Below, piece after piece: positions 19,373-29,199 of a DNA stretch of 64,000 bases. Location of the stretch: positions 38,735 to 102,734 of the forward strand of contig JAXHVD010000016.1 of assembly GCA_034189385.1 (NCBI GenBank), read 5' to 3'. The first letter of the stretch is position 1, and every line of letters begins with the position of its first letter. Under the pieces are notes generated by a model. That model did not search any database. It worked only from the letters and a program-made list of their open reading frames with translations, and had not been told where the DNA came from. The position numbers and the translations under genes are program-made. Origin of the DNA: Thermodesulfobacteriota bacterium (GTDB lineage Bacteria > Desulfobacterota > Desulfobacteria > Desulfobacterales > C00003060).

Positions 19373-20377
19373 TTACCCAAGAACCTCAATGCTCTCCGCT
19401 GGACAGGTTATCCACACAGGGTCTCCAACGCCTAGATCCATACCACTGAAGACATCTTTGGGCACTAGAACGCTTAAGAGCATCCCGACGTCAACATGGG
19501 CCCTCACCCGGTTCTCTTCGTCAGCCAGTTGAACGAGCCTCCCCTGGAAAGTGTTGTCCTCAGAACTCCCACTTCGCGAAAGCCTTACCGCCCTCGGATC
19601 AATACAGATTCGAACCCGGCCTAATTTTTCAGACTGCACACGCAGCCTCAGTCCGTTTTGGAGCACGGAGTACTTCCAGGGATCCTCATCAAGTTCCATG
19701 TGAGCACTGAAGATGTTTTCATAGGTAGACCGTGCCTTTTTTCCCTCGAACAGGAACACAGTCTCTTCTGCAATCCTTGACGCTTGGATCATGTCATGAG
19801 TCGTAAAGATGACTGAAATCCCTTTTGTCCGGTTGATATCCCGGATGGTGCGCTCGATAGCCATCTGGTTTTCCACGTCCACGTTGGCAGTGGGTTCGTC
19901 CAATAGAATAACTTCCGGATAACAGGCAAGGGCCTGTGCTATGGCCACGCGCTGTGTCTCGCCTCCCGATAGCCTGTGGGCTCTTGCATCCCCCAACGCC
20001 TCCATTCCCACGAGGTTTAGGAGATCCTCAACGATTTGTTTCCTCGCCCTTTTAGGCGTCTTCCGTATTCTTAAAGGGAGTTCCACGTTTCTTGAAACGG
20101 TAGTGGTGAACAAGATAGCGTGCTGCTGAACGAGGACCACCTTTTGCCGAAGGCCCATAAGACTGTTGCCTGTGAAATCGACTTTCCGGCCATCAAACCA
20201 CATTTCTCCGGACGTGGGACTGGAAAGAAAGGCCATTATCTCCAAGAGCGTGGTCTTCCCCGCACCATTTGGACCCTGGAGGACCAGAATCTTCCCTTTG
20301 CCAAGAGATAGTGCTTCCAGGTCCAGAACCGTTCGTCCCTCGTACCGCTTCTTTACGTTCTTCATCGCATAGAGCAT
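19373..20377 (-). CDS. tupC: Tungstate ABC transporter ATP-binding protein with C-terminal TOBE-like domain
   Basis: GPNGAGKTT, LSGGE, LLDEPTAN; operon context. Confidence 0.85.
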   Translation of the reverse strand: MLYAMKNVKKRYEGRTVLDLEALSLGKGKILVLQGPNGAGKTTLLEIMAFLSSPTSGEMWFDGRKVDFTGNSLMGLRQKVVLVQQHAILFTTTVSRNVELPLRIRKTPKRARKQIVEDLLNLVGMEALGDARAHRLSGGETQRVAIAQALACYPEVILLDEPTANVDVENQMAIERTIRDINRTKGISVIFTTHDMIQASRIAEETVFLFEGKKARSTYENIFSAHMELDEDPWKYSVLQNGLRLRVQSEKLGRVRICIDPRAVRLSRSGSSEDNTFQGRLVQLADEENRVRAHVDVGMLLSVLVPKDVFSGMDLGVGDPVWITCPAESIEVLG

Positions 20378-20382
20378 GGAAG

Positions 20383-21078
20383 TTATACCCTCGCCTTGCC
20401 CTGAAAATAGTTAAAAAAGAGGTTTACCGCAAAGCTTACAGTGAGGAGCACGATGCCCAGTGCCACACTGAGTACGAACAACCCCTTGTCATACTCCAGA
20501 GCCATAGCTGTGGTCATTGTACGGGTGAATCCCTTGGCGTTGCCGCCCAGCATCATACTGATTCCAACCTCGGCGATGACCCTTCCGAAGGCAGCAATGA
20601 TGGCTGCTGCAATGCCAAACCTGGCTTCCCGAAGGATCAGCCATGCTGTCTGTAAAAGGTTGGCCCCAAGGGTAAGGGCCGTCTTACGATAACGCTCATC
20701 TATGCGGCTAATAGCTGCAATGGTGAAAGTAGTAACGATAGGAACGATGAGGATGACCTGGCCGATGACCATGGCTTTCTGCGTGTAAAGAAGGTCATAC
20801 ACCCCAAAGACCCCTCTTCTAGAGATGAAGGCATAAACGAAGAGGCCCACTACGACAGTAGGCAGAGATAGCAACGTGTTGAGTATGGTAATGAGCAAAC
20901 GCCTTCCACGAAATTCAGTAAAAGCGATGAGAAATCCAGTTGGAACCCCTACAATGCTGGCAATGAGCGTGGACGTGGAACTCACCTTCAAAGACACATA
21001 GACAACAACAAGGAACTCCGGGTCCATGGACCAAATGAGGGACGCCGCAGACAAGAAGCTGTCGATGAAAAAATCCAT
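20383..21078 (-). CDS. tupB: Tungstate ABC transporter permease
   Basis: LPTVVVGL, FGRVIAEVG, GGN...TRTMTTA. Confidence 0.92.
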   Translation of the reverse strand: MDFFIDSFLSAASLIWSMDPEFLVVVYVSLKVSSTSTLIASIVGVPTGFLIAFTEFRGRRLLITILNTLLSLPTVVVGLFVYAFISRRGVFGVYDLLYTQKAMVIGQVILIVPIVTTFTIAAISRIDERYRKTALTLGANLLQTAWLILREARFGIAAAIIAAFGRVIAEVGISMMLGGNAKGFTRTMTTAMALEYDKGLFVLSVALGIVLLTVSFAVNLFFNYFQGKARV

Positions 21079-21121
21079 AAAGTCTATCTACTATCTCTCC
21101 CAGGATTGCGCGGGTCGGAGA

Positions 21122-22027
21122 TTATTTCAGTGTAGAAATGACATCCGGAAAGAACGCCTGTTGACCCTCGATCTTGTACTGGGCAATGAGATGCTGGGCC
21201 TTTGGGGACACCAGCCAGTTAGCAAGCCGATCTGCCCACTGGAATTTGACGTGAGGATGCTTCTTGGGATCAACAGGGATAATGCCATAAGGATTAAACA
21301 GTCTGTTGTCTCCTTGACAGAGAATCTCGAGATCCAGGCCTCCCTTTCTGCCGAACTTGTACTTCAAATAGGTCCCCCGATCAGCCATGGTGTAGGCCTG
21401 TTTCTCCTCGGCATAGGTAAGGGCCTTGCCCATCCCCTGTCCGATGGAATGGTACCACTGGCCCAGTCCCTCGGGATGTTGGGAAGAGAAGCTGTGCTTT
21501 TTCAGGTTTTTCACAATTTGTACAGTCTCTGTCTTAAGAGGCAAGCCGGTGGCCTTCCACAGGGACTGTTCTTTAGTGTGGGTGCCACTGTCGTCTCCTC
21601 GAGACACAAAGGCAGCTCCTTTTTCAGCAATTTTCTTCAGTGCCATGGGCGCATCATGCATCCCCTTGATCTCTGCGGGGTCTGTGAAAGGCCCGAGAAT
21701 AACGAAATCGTTATGCATGACCCCTAATCGGTATGCGCCGTAACCGTCGGCCACGAATCTCTCTTCTCTATCCTTGGCGTGGACAAAGACAATGTCCACA
21801 TTGCCGTCCATGCCGTCACGGATGGCTGCGCCCGTTCCTTTTGCAAAGACCTTGACGCGAATTCCGGTCTCCTCGGTGAAGTGGGGAAGTAACATGTCTA
21901 GGAGCCCAGAGTTCTCAGTGCTCGTGGTCGTGGCCATTTTAAGGACGTTCTCTGTTGCGTTGGCAATACCAGGAATCATGAAGAGTCCCATGGTGACTGT
22001 GATAATCCATAGGATCTGTCTTTGCAT
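21122..22027 (-). CDS. tupA: Tungstate ABC transporter substrate-binding protein
   Basis: ATTTS signature, SGLL, FVSRGDDSGTH, GQGMG, DRGTY, NPY. Confidence 0.95.
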   Translation of the reverse strand: MQRQILWIITVTMGLFMIPGIANATENVLKMATTTSTENSGLLDMLLPHFTEETGIRVKVFAKGTGAAIRDGMDGNVDIVFVHAKDREERFVADGYGAYRLGVMHNDFVILGPFTDPAEIKGMHDAPMALKKIAEKGAAFVSRGDDSGTHTKEQSLWKATGLPLKTETVQIVKNLKKHSFSSQHPEGLGQWYHSIGQGMGKALTYAEEKQAYTMADRGTYLKYKFGRKGGLDLEILCQGDNRLFNPYGIIPVDPKKHPHVKFQWADRLANWLVSPKAQHLIAQYKIEGQQAFFPDVISTLK

Positions 22028-22030
22028 GTC

Positions 22031-22969
22031 TCATCTCCCCTTGTTTGGTGGTGACTGTTGTGGAAATACCATCTTTCCGGCCAGGCTCAGATCGTAGCCC
22101 TCGATTTGCTGGGAAAGCTCCCCGAAGGCTTGCTCGTGGAGAAGACCCACAAAAAGCTGGACCCCTTCTTCGAAGAAGTGATCCTTAGAAATGAGGAGAT
22201 CGTAGCGCTCCCAGCGAAGAGGGACAAAGTCTAGCCCCAAAAGATGGGCAACCGGTCGGATGGCGGGCGCAGCGTCAGCCCGTCCAGACAGCACCTCAAG
22301 ACCCACGTCCATGTGGCTCCGGAACTCACGTTCGTAACCCGTTACCTGCCGGCCTTTCATGCCTGCCTTCTGAAGCCCTCGGTCAAGGAGAAGCCGAGTG
22401 CCGGTCCCGACCGGGCGATTGGCGATCTTTGTTCCTGGCTGATCCAGATCAGGAATGCCTTTGATCCCCTTGGGGTTTCCTTTGGACACCAGAAGCCCTT
22501 GTTCTCGTCTGCAGAAGTTTACCAAAGCCGGCAAGTCTCCCTTGAACTCCTGAAAGGCAAACTCGAAGTTGTAGTCTTCCTCATTTTCCTGGAGAAGATG
22601 ACTTGAGGCTATGTGACAGAGGCCCCGGCTAAGGGCCTTTAGCCCCCCCTGACTTCCAAGATTCCCGAACACTGCGATATGGTCTCCGTAGAGTTGGTTG
22701 AAGAGGGATATGCTTCGGTCCAGTAAGATGTCGTTACTCCCGCTAATGATGAGCAAGCCTTCATAAGGAGGCAGGCGATGTGCACCGTGAGGGTAGTTAA
22801 TGGTCTGGTTCTCCAGCCAACGTTCCACCAGGTGCTTGGGGAAGAGCCATTTTCCCGTCACCTTGGTGGCTGGAAGTCCCTTGTCAGCGATGAGGGAATA
22901 GACCATCTTCTCATTGATGTCCAAAAAATGGGAGATCTCCTTGGTGTTAAGCAGTGCCCTTTCCTTCAT
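22031..22969 (-). CDS. Excisionase-type HTH plus PBP-like domain transcriptional regulator (molybdate/tungstate-associated)
   Basis: LNTKEISHFLDINEKMVY...KVTGKWLFP; GSND, GSQGGL, REQGL, NRPVGTGTR, ERYDL. Confidence 0.85.
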   Translation of the reverse strand: MKERALLNTKEISHFLDINEKMVYSLIADKGLPATKVTGKWLFPKHLVERWLENQTINYPHGAHRLPPYEGLLIISGSNDILLDRSISLFNQLYGDHIAVFGNLGSQGGLKALSRGLCHIASSHLLQENEEDYNFEFAFQEFKGDLPALVNFCRREQGLLVSKGNPKGIKGIPDLDQPGTKIANRPVGTGTRLLLDRGLQKAGMKGRQVTGYEREFRSHMDVGLEVLSGRADAAPAIRPVAHLLGLDFVPLRWERYDLLISKDHFFEEGVQLFVGLLHEQAFGELSQQIEGYDLSLAGKMVFPQQSPPNKGR

Positions 22970-23191
22970 GCCCTTCTCCTTTCTTGGAAAGGATTGGACC
23001 ATATCTGTAAGAATAAGTCAATTTAAACCATTCTGGGGCAGAACGATTACTGTCTCATACGGTGCCTGTGCACGAACGCTAAGAGGAGGTGGTCGCTGAG
23101 AACGGCAGGGTAGGGGGCGGCCATGGGCGAGGGATGGCACCCTACGTTTGATGACTCCTGGAAGGCAGAAAACATGGTTTGGGGTGAGAAC

Positions 23192-23233
23192 AGGCGTCCC
23201 TTTCCTGAAACACACTTCAGAAAAGGGGCGCCT
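23192..23233 (-). terminator. Hairpin directly after the diheme protein gene (terminator or stabilising stem)
   Basis: AGGCGTCCCTTTCCTGAA/TTCAGAAAAGGGGCGCCT near-perfect inverted repeat. Confidence 0.6.
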
Positions 23234-23241
23234 AGTATTCG

Positions 23242-24966
23242 TCAGAGACTATTTAGGACCGTGTCAATAAAGCACGAACTGCCGCCGCCGCCTGATTTTT
23301 TCTTCACCTCAGGAACAGCCAAGGCGGTGGGGTCCGTAATGGTACCATCCTCAAGGCCGTCTCCGTCGGTGAGTGGATCTCCGTCCGTAAGGGTTACGGT
23401 AACACTGTCTGGGCCGTTCTTTGTGTGGGGTATCTCTCGCCATCCATCCACGGCATCGATCTTATAGACCTCGGCCCTTGCTGGCACGTCGTCTGGGAAG
23501 ACCATGGTAAGGGTCACCGATTCTCCTGGATTTAGGCCCGTAATCTTCAACTTGATGGTTCCGTAAGGAAAGCTGGATGCGGGCTTTCCCTCTTGGGGAA
23601 CGGCCAGGTCCTCGTCGCCTAGGGCTTCTATATTTGTGAAGGCACCACCGGACGTGTGGAGACAGACCTTGTCAATGCCGTTGGCGTGTCTTACAAGGGC
23701 CGTATCCGTGTCTTGGTAGTCAGGAGTGCCATCGCCGTCGAAGTCGCTATTTCCGTCAGTCCCTTCCTCGCTGTCCAAAACACCGTTTCCGTTGGAATCG
23801 GATCCGTCTATGGCGCCGTAGACGATGATCTTGGCCTGATCCACATAGCCCCATCCCGCCTCCAGTTTGTTGATATCTGTGGTTCCTTCCGGCAAGGGCT
23901 CCACGCGAACGATTGTGGCAGAACGGGAGGCTGCCCCCTTGTTGTGGTCCCAGGAAGATTCATAAGGCCAGATCACATCCTGATTTACCGCCCTACTACC
24001 CTGATCCGGGGGGCCGGGATTCTTCTGAGGAGGGACCACCCTATAGGGCCCTTCGCCATCCAGCTTGTTGTCTTCGTTTAAGATCCCGGGCTGTAGGTAC
24101 ACGCCGTCGCGCTTGTAGGCAACGATCATTTTAAGCCCGCCTGATACCTGAATGGGATCTCCGTCATCTCGGCCTTTGGCTGATGGGGCGCTATAGTCAC
24201 ACCACCCGTCTTCAGGGTTTAAGGCAATGTCCGCCTCCTCATGGTAGTAATAGACTGCTTCTGGATACACACCGTTCACATGATAGAATTCGGCCTCCTC
24301 TGGGTCCTCTTCCAAAGGATGGTAGTTGGACCAGCCGTCCGGGGCAAAGACCGTGATGCTTGTTGCGGTCTCCAACATGCCCGCATCCTGTAACAAATCC
24401 TCCATGGGAACCCCTTTGTACTCCACGTAATCGTCGGTCTGGCGCGAGGCGTTCATGAGCATGAACTGGCTGTGGCCAGGCATGGCGGCCAACTGGGCCT
24501 TTGTGTAGACGCGATAAGGGGCAGCCACTTTGCTCGGGTCGTCATCGGCATCGCCAGGAAAGCGGTCTGCCGCGATCTCTGCCCCATTGGCATAACCGTC
24601 TTCATCAGAGTCCTCACTATTGATGGCCTCTATGGCAGCAGCGTTTCTGCCCTTGTCTTTATAGTCTATGCCGTAAGGATTCATGGTCTCGGCGATATCG
24701 CCAGCACCGTCATATCCATAGCTGTAGTGGCACCACTGGCAACTTCCCAGACTCACCCATTTAGGATCTTCATCCGTACCCTTATTGTATTGGCCCCCGC
24801 TGTGGCACAGGGCACAGTGATCCAGCTTTGTTCCTGCCTTCTCAGAATAGACATCTAAGAATTTGGCTGCGTCTCGCTCTCCTTCGTGATGATAGGCGGC
24901 GAAAAGAGGAGACACCAATAAGACAATGAGAAGCACCGTTCCCGTGAACACGATTGTACACTTCAT
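23242..24966 (-). CDS. Secreted diheme cytochrome c with GEGP motif, molybdopterin-oxidoreductase-like domain and Gly-rich CFI C-terminus
   Basis: Sec-like signal peptide, CALCH and CQWCH, DGEGPYRVVPP, DxDxDG repeats, C-terminal KKKSGGGGSSCFIDT. Confidence 0.85.
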   Translation of the reverse strand: MKCTIVFTGTVLLIVLLVSPLFAAYHHEGERDAAKFLDVYSEKAGTKLDHCALCHSGGQYNKGTDEDPKWVSLGSCQWCHYSYGYDGAGDIAETMNPYGIDYKDKGRNAAAIEAINSEDSDEDGYANGAEIAADRFPGDADDDPSKVAAPYRVYTKAQLAAMPGHSQFMLMNASRQTDDYVEYKGVPMEDLLQDAGMLETATSITVFAPDGWSNYHPLEEDPEEAEFYHVNGVYPEAVYYYHEEADIALNPEDGWCDYSAPSAKGRDDGDPIQVSGGLKMIVAYKRDGVYLQPGILNEDNKLDGEGPYRVVPPQKNPGPPDQGSRAVNQDVIWPYESSWDHNKGAASRSATIVRVEPLPEGTTDINKLEAGWGYVDQAKIIVYGAIDGSDSNGNGVLDSEEGTDGNSDFDGDGTPDYQDTDTALVRHANGIDKVCLHTSGGAFTNIEALGDEDLAVPQEGKPASSFPYGTIKLKITGLNPGESVTLTMVFPDDVPARAEVYKIDAVDGWREIPHTKNGPDSVTVTLTDGDPLTDGDGLEDGTITDPTALAVPEVKKKSGGGGSSCFIDTVLNSL

Positions 24967-25120
24967 TTTCTTTCTCCTCTATGCATGGCGAGAAGTCAAT
25001 TCCTCTTCTCGGAAAGAGAAAAACACCTGTCTGGCACCCAAAGAGAACAGGCAATCCTTACCCCACAGTGCCTGCCCCTTGCGAAAAATGATCGATCCTT
25101 TGCTGCTGGGGACGCACCCG

Positions 25121-26743
25121 TCAAAAACGGAACTGAAACCGCCCCGTGAACACATCCTCACGGTCACTGTATACGGCCTCCCCGGTAATGGGGTCCCGGT
25201 CAATGAGCAAGGGCTGGTCAAAATCTGTCCTAGTGGCATCAAGGACCAAACGAACCGTTTCATCCAGATACCAATTGAGGGCAATGGTGTAGGCGTCTGC
25301 CTCCCGCACTGAATTGCCCGCTTCCACCAAGACGTCGTAGGCAATATCATCGGCCTCAAAGGCATCGTAGCGAAAGGCCAGCCCCACAGCCCCACAGCCC
25401 CCTTCCCAGAGACTCCTCTTCGGCGAGATGGATTGGAAGACCCCCTTCCGAAGGATCGGCTTCTCCCCTGTGAGCATCCAAAGAAGTGAGACATAGTAGT
25501 CGTCCATCTCAAAGTCGAACTGTTCCGCGCTGGTGGTAATGTCTTTATAGAAGACATGGAAGTATTCCCCTGCCAAGGCTACAGGGCCCATGGTCCAGGC
25601 CAGTTCAGCCCCGTAGCGAAAACAGTCGTCGGCATCCCGGATAATATTGAACTTGCCCCTGGAGGCCACGTCAAAAAAGGTGGTCATACCGGTGGTCTTC
25701 ACTTGGATCTCCACGTTGTTGCGGTCGATCTTGGCGTATGACATGGACCCGCCTATCTGAAAACTGTCCCACCAGGGCATCTCCTGGCCCCAAAAGGGGG
25801 CCAGAACCCACCGTCCTGTGTATTCCGGGGAATCCACATCACCCCCTGGGGTGTCGTCAAGGCCGTCGCCGTTGAAGATACCAAGACCGTAATGGACCTG
25901 ATCGTCCAACAAGGACCCGTGGGCCATGAACCCCACGTCCCGACGGGGCGTAAGGTAGAATCCCATGGATCTCTCGGCAAAAAAACCGAGGCTGTCCAAG
26001 TTGCAGTGCTCGAGACTAAAGGGTTCCTTGAACTGCCCTATTCTGAAGGAGGCATAGGGAGACAGATGGGCATCCACGTAGGCGTCCAATAGATTGCGGG
26101 CCTCGGCCCCTTCGAATTCATACTCGAATTCGTACTCATAGCGACCAAGGGCCTCGCCGGTGACCAGCAAGCGCGTCCTGCGGAGATCGAATCTATCCTC
26201 TTCCGGGTCTCCTTCTTCATAGTCATAATACCGATAATCGGCCTGAAGAAGGCCTCCAAGGCACAAGGTGAAGCGTTCTGGTTCAAAGGTGTTGAGACAG
26301 AATCCATTTTTGTAGGAGGCTTCAACAGGTGTCTTCTCTTCAGTCTTTTTACCAAGGGATGGGGTCTTTGGGGGTGGGGCCTCACCTTGTCCCTCTACAG
26401 TTGTTGAGGCAGCAGGAAGCTTTCCTGGTGGGGAGACTTGCCTGTGGGAGAGGGCCGATTCTTTGGCCTTTAGGGCTGCCTCTTTCTCTTCAAGCTCCTT
26501 TTGCCACCTTTTGAGGGTCTTTTCCCTTTCATCCATCTCTTTTTCTTGTCGCAACAGACGCTTCTGGTCCTCGGCCATGGCTTCGTTGATTGCCTGGAGT
26601 TCTGAGGCCGTAATGACGCCCTTATCTTCAAAGATTTCAAGGAGCTTCTCGATTGCCAGGTTGGTTGCCAAGGATGGTTGGGCCGTCCCCAAGGCCAGGG
26701 AGGCAAAAAGAATCAAGATCAAAAGGGTCTGCCATACCTTCAT
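25121..26743 (-). CDS. OprO/OprP-family oxyanion-selective porin
   Basis: Signal peptide, coiled coil, FDLRRTRL, LDAYV, RIGQFKEPFSLE, ERS, C-terminal Phe. Confidence 0.85.
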   Translation of the reverse strand: MKVWQTLLILILFASLALGTAQPSLATNLAIEKLLEIFEDKGVITASELQAINEAMAEDQKRLLRQEKEMDEREKTLKRWQKELEEKEAALKAKESALSHRQVSPPGKLPAASTTVEGQGEAPPPKTPSLGKKTEEKTPVEASYKNGFCLNTFEPERFTLCLGGLLQADYRYYDYEEGDPEEDRFDLRRTRLLVTGEALGRYEYEFEYEFEGAEARNLLDAYVDAHLSPYASFRIGQFKEPFSLEHCNLDSLGFFAERSMGFYLTPRRDVGFMAHGSLLDDQVHYGLGIFNGDGLDDTPGGDVDSPEYTGRWVLAPFWGQEMPWWDSFQIGGSMSYAKIDRNNVEIQVKTTGMTTFFDVASRGKFNIIRDADDCFRYGAELAWTMGPVALAGEYFHVFYKDITTSAEQFDFEMDDYYVSLLWMLTGEKPILRKGVFQSISPKRSLWEGGCGAVGLAFRYDAFEADDIAYDVLVEAGNSVREADAYTIALNWYLDETVRLVLDATRTDFDQPLLIDRDPITGEAVYSDREDVFTGRFQFRF

Positions 26744-27063
26744 GCGTTTGCCCTTTCCCCGTCACGGCTTTTTGTTCGCAAGAGGAAGATGCCACATTAG
26801 AACCTGTGGCGCTCACACCTGTTCATGTTATCCCGGTGGCCCAAGGGGCCCTTGGATGGTGTCCAGGTATCCAGATTTGAAAGATGAGTCATACCTATAA
26901 CGGCTTCGTCAGCTATTGTCAATATTATCTAACTTGTCCTTGCTAGAGTAACTAAAACGCCCCTAGAATTACTTGAACTTACATAGCGATGTGTGCCGAG
27001 ATAAAGACCGGGTGGAAGAAAAGGGCCCTGCCTTTCTGGTGTGTTTCAACATGATTCAGGGGG

Positions 27064-28815
27064 CTAAAGGGCTGGACAGTTGTCCTTAGGCGGTGGAGCG
27101 GCAGTGACCCCACTGCGGAGTCTGGGCCCGGGGAGGGGGGGGGGCAGTGTTTTTCTAATGGTCTCTGCAATTTCATCCATGACCAGCGGTTTCATGACAA
27201 GGTCACGGATTCCAAGGGATCTTGCCTTTTCTGCTGAGATCCGTTCGCTGTATCCGGTGCACAGCATAATGGGAATGTCAGGCCGAATCTGCAGGAGTTG
27301 TCTTGCCAATCGATCACCTGTCATGTTTGGCATGATCATATCGGTAATAACGAGATCGAATTGATGAGGCCTATTGCGAAAGACCTCTAAGGCATCCATG
27401 CTGCTGGTTCTGGCAGTGACTGTGTAACCAAGGTGTTCGAGCATGGATTTTGCCATTTTTGCCATTGGTTCCTCATCATCTACAAAGAGTATCCTTTCGG
27501 TGCCTTTGGGGATCGGACGAGGAGTTGCGGGCTCACCGCTCACTGCAGTCTCAACAAGGGGAAGGAAAACATGAAACGTGGCTCCCTTTCCAAGCTCGCT
27601 CTCCACACTGATGGCACCGCAATGGCTTTTCACTATGCCATAGGCCTCAGTCAGACCCAAACCGATGCCTTCATCAACGTCTTTTGTCGTAAAATAGGGA
27701 TCAAAAACCCGGTCTAGCAATTGAGGCTCTATGCCGGGCCCTGTGTCTCGCACAGTCAACTGCAGATACTTTCCAGGCATGAGGTTTTGATATTGGCCGA
27801 CAGTCGACGCATCAAGTTGCACATCTCGAAGGATCACTTCCAGGATGCCGCCCCTTTCTTCCATGGCCTTGGCGGCATTTGTGCAAAGGTTGATCAGCAT
27901 CTGATTTATCCGTGTAGGGTCGACTAAGGCAGTGTCTGATTTGCAAGAAATGTTCTGGCTCATGTCAACAACTGTGGGGATGGAGGATCGGATCAATTTC
28001 AAGGTTTCTTTGACAATGGGGCTGATCTTGAGCGGCATTCGGTCTTGGCTTGTTCGACGACTGAAACTCAGGATTTGTCTTACCAGATCTCTTCCTCGAA
28101 GGCAGGCCTGACGTATCTCTTCGAGACTTTCCAAACTTGGGTTGTCTTCGGGAATGTCATACATGGCCAGTTCCGAATTGCCCACAATCACGCTAAGAAT
28201 ATTGTTAAAATCATGGGCAATGCCTCCTGCCAGGGTTCCAATAGCCTCCATTTTCTGTGCTTGTACGAGTTGGCGTTCAAATCTCCTTTTTTTCTCTTTC
28301 GCACGCCTATCCTCGGTAATGTCTTTGGCAAACTGAAGTCTCACATCCCGCCCGTCGGGCCATGTTATGATCCTATCCGTGGCCATGTAGTCTCTCTTGA
28401 GGACAAGATTGCGATATTCCCATCGGTAAGGCATGCCCTTTTCTCTCAAGATGACGTCGTTCGGACAAAACTCACAGGGCGATTCCAGGCCATGAAATGC
28501 TCTGTGGCACTTCTCCCCCACGGGCTTTTTCCCAAGGACATGAGTGGCAGCTCTATTGGCATACAGGACGTCGTAGGTCTTGGGATCAGCGATGTAGATT
28601 ATCTCGTCGATGCTGTCAAATATGGACAAGAGTTGTTCCCTTCCCAACTCCGCCGTCTTCTGGGTCTCCCTTCGATTTTCCATTTCATGATTCAGTTGCT
28701 TATCGGTTCTCATCAGCCCAGCGGTCCCATCTTCTGTGGGGGCCTCCAATTGGTGTTGACTCTTTTGTGGTCGCACTGCAAGGCTTCTCAAAGGACCCGA
28801 CGGCATTTTTCTCAT
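27064..28815 (-). CDS. PAS-domain hybrid sensor histidine kinase/response regulator
   Basis: QKMEAIGTLAGGIAHDFNN, NLCTNA, DTGPG, FDPYFTTK, C-terminal REC; start uncertain. Confidence 0.93.
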   Translation of the reverse strand: MRKMPSGPLRSLAVRPQKSQHQLEAPTEDGTAGLMRTDKQLNHEMENRRETQKTAELGREQLLSIFDSIDEIIYIADPKTYDVLYANRAATHVLGKKPVGEKCHRAFHGLESPCEFCPNDVILREKGMPYRWEYRNLVLKRDYMATDRIITWPDGRDVRLQFAKDITEDRRAKEKKRRFERQLVQAQKMEAIGTLAGGIAHDFNNILSVIVGNSELAMYDIPEDNPSLESLEEIRQACLRGRDLVRQILSFSRRTSQDRMPLKISPIVKETLKLIRSSIPTVVDMSQNISCKSDTALVDPTRINQMLINLCTNAAKAMEERGGILEVILRDVQLDASTVGQYQNLMPGKYLQLTVRDTGPGIEPQLLDRVFDPYFTTKDVDEGIGLGLTEAYGIVKSHCGAISVESELGKGATFHVFLPLVETAVSGEPATPRPIPKGTERILFVDDEEPMAKMAKSMLEHLGYTVTARTSSMDALEVFRNRPHQFDLVITDMIMPNMTGDRLARQLLQIRPDIPIMLCTGYSERISAEKARSLGIRDLVMKPLVMDEIAETIRKTLPPPLPGPRLRSGVTAAPPPKDNCPAL

Positions 28816-29199
28816 GGACCAACCCCCTGGGACGGACTGATACAGGTCATCACTCCTCGTCTATGACCCACGTCGTCTTTTGGCCTTCGCAGGAATCATG
28901 CCATCATCGCAGACATATTGAAATGACTATGAGACCAGCAGGTTATACATTTTTTTAGGCTATTAGTGCCGTAAAGCTGGGGCAAATGCGACGAAGGATC
29001 TGGCGATGTGTCAGATTATTGACCATATGGGTAGAAGGCGAGGAGGGCCATCTTGTCTCTAGAATAGGTTGCAGATGCGTTCACTCACGGCTGGCAATTG
29101 CCAACCCATCGGCCCATGGACGAAATCCGAAACCTCCTAAGAAAGATGACCAACATCAATCAAACCTGAGCCTGTTGTTCTGTAAGCCCAGAGGTCCGA

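Noticed and set aside
24979..25557. 192-aa same-strand ORF overlapping the porin 3' end
   Set aside because: Alternative frame of a well-supported gene with non-protein-like composition
26744..26900. Possible Moco/Wco riboswitch upstream of the porin or diheme gene
   Set aside because: Characteristic motif elements not recognisable by eye; an Rfam search would be needed
28045..28866. 273-aa plus-strand ORF
   Set aside because: Antisense to the hybrid kinase; no motifs
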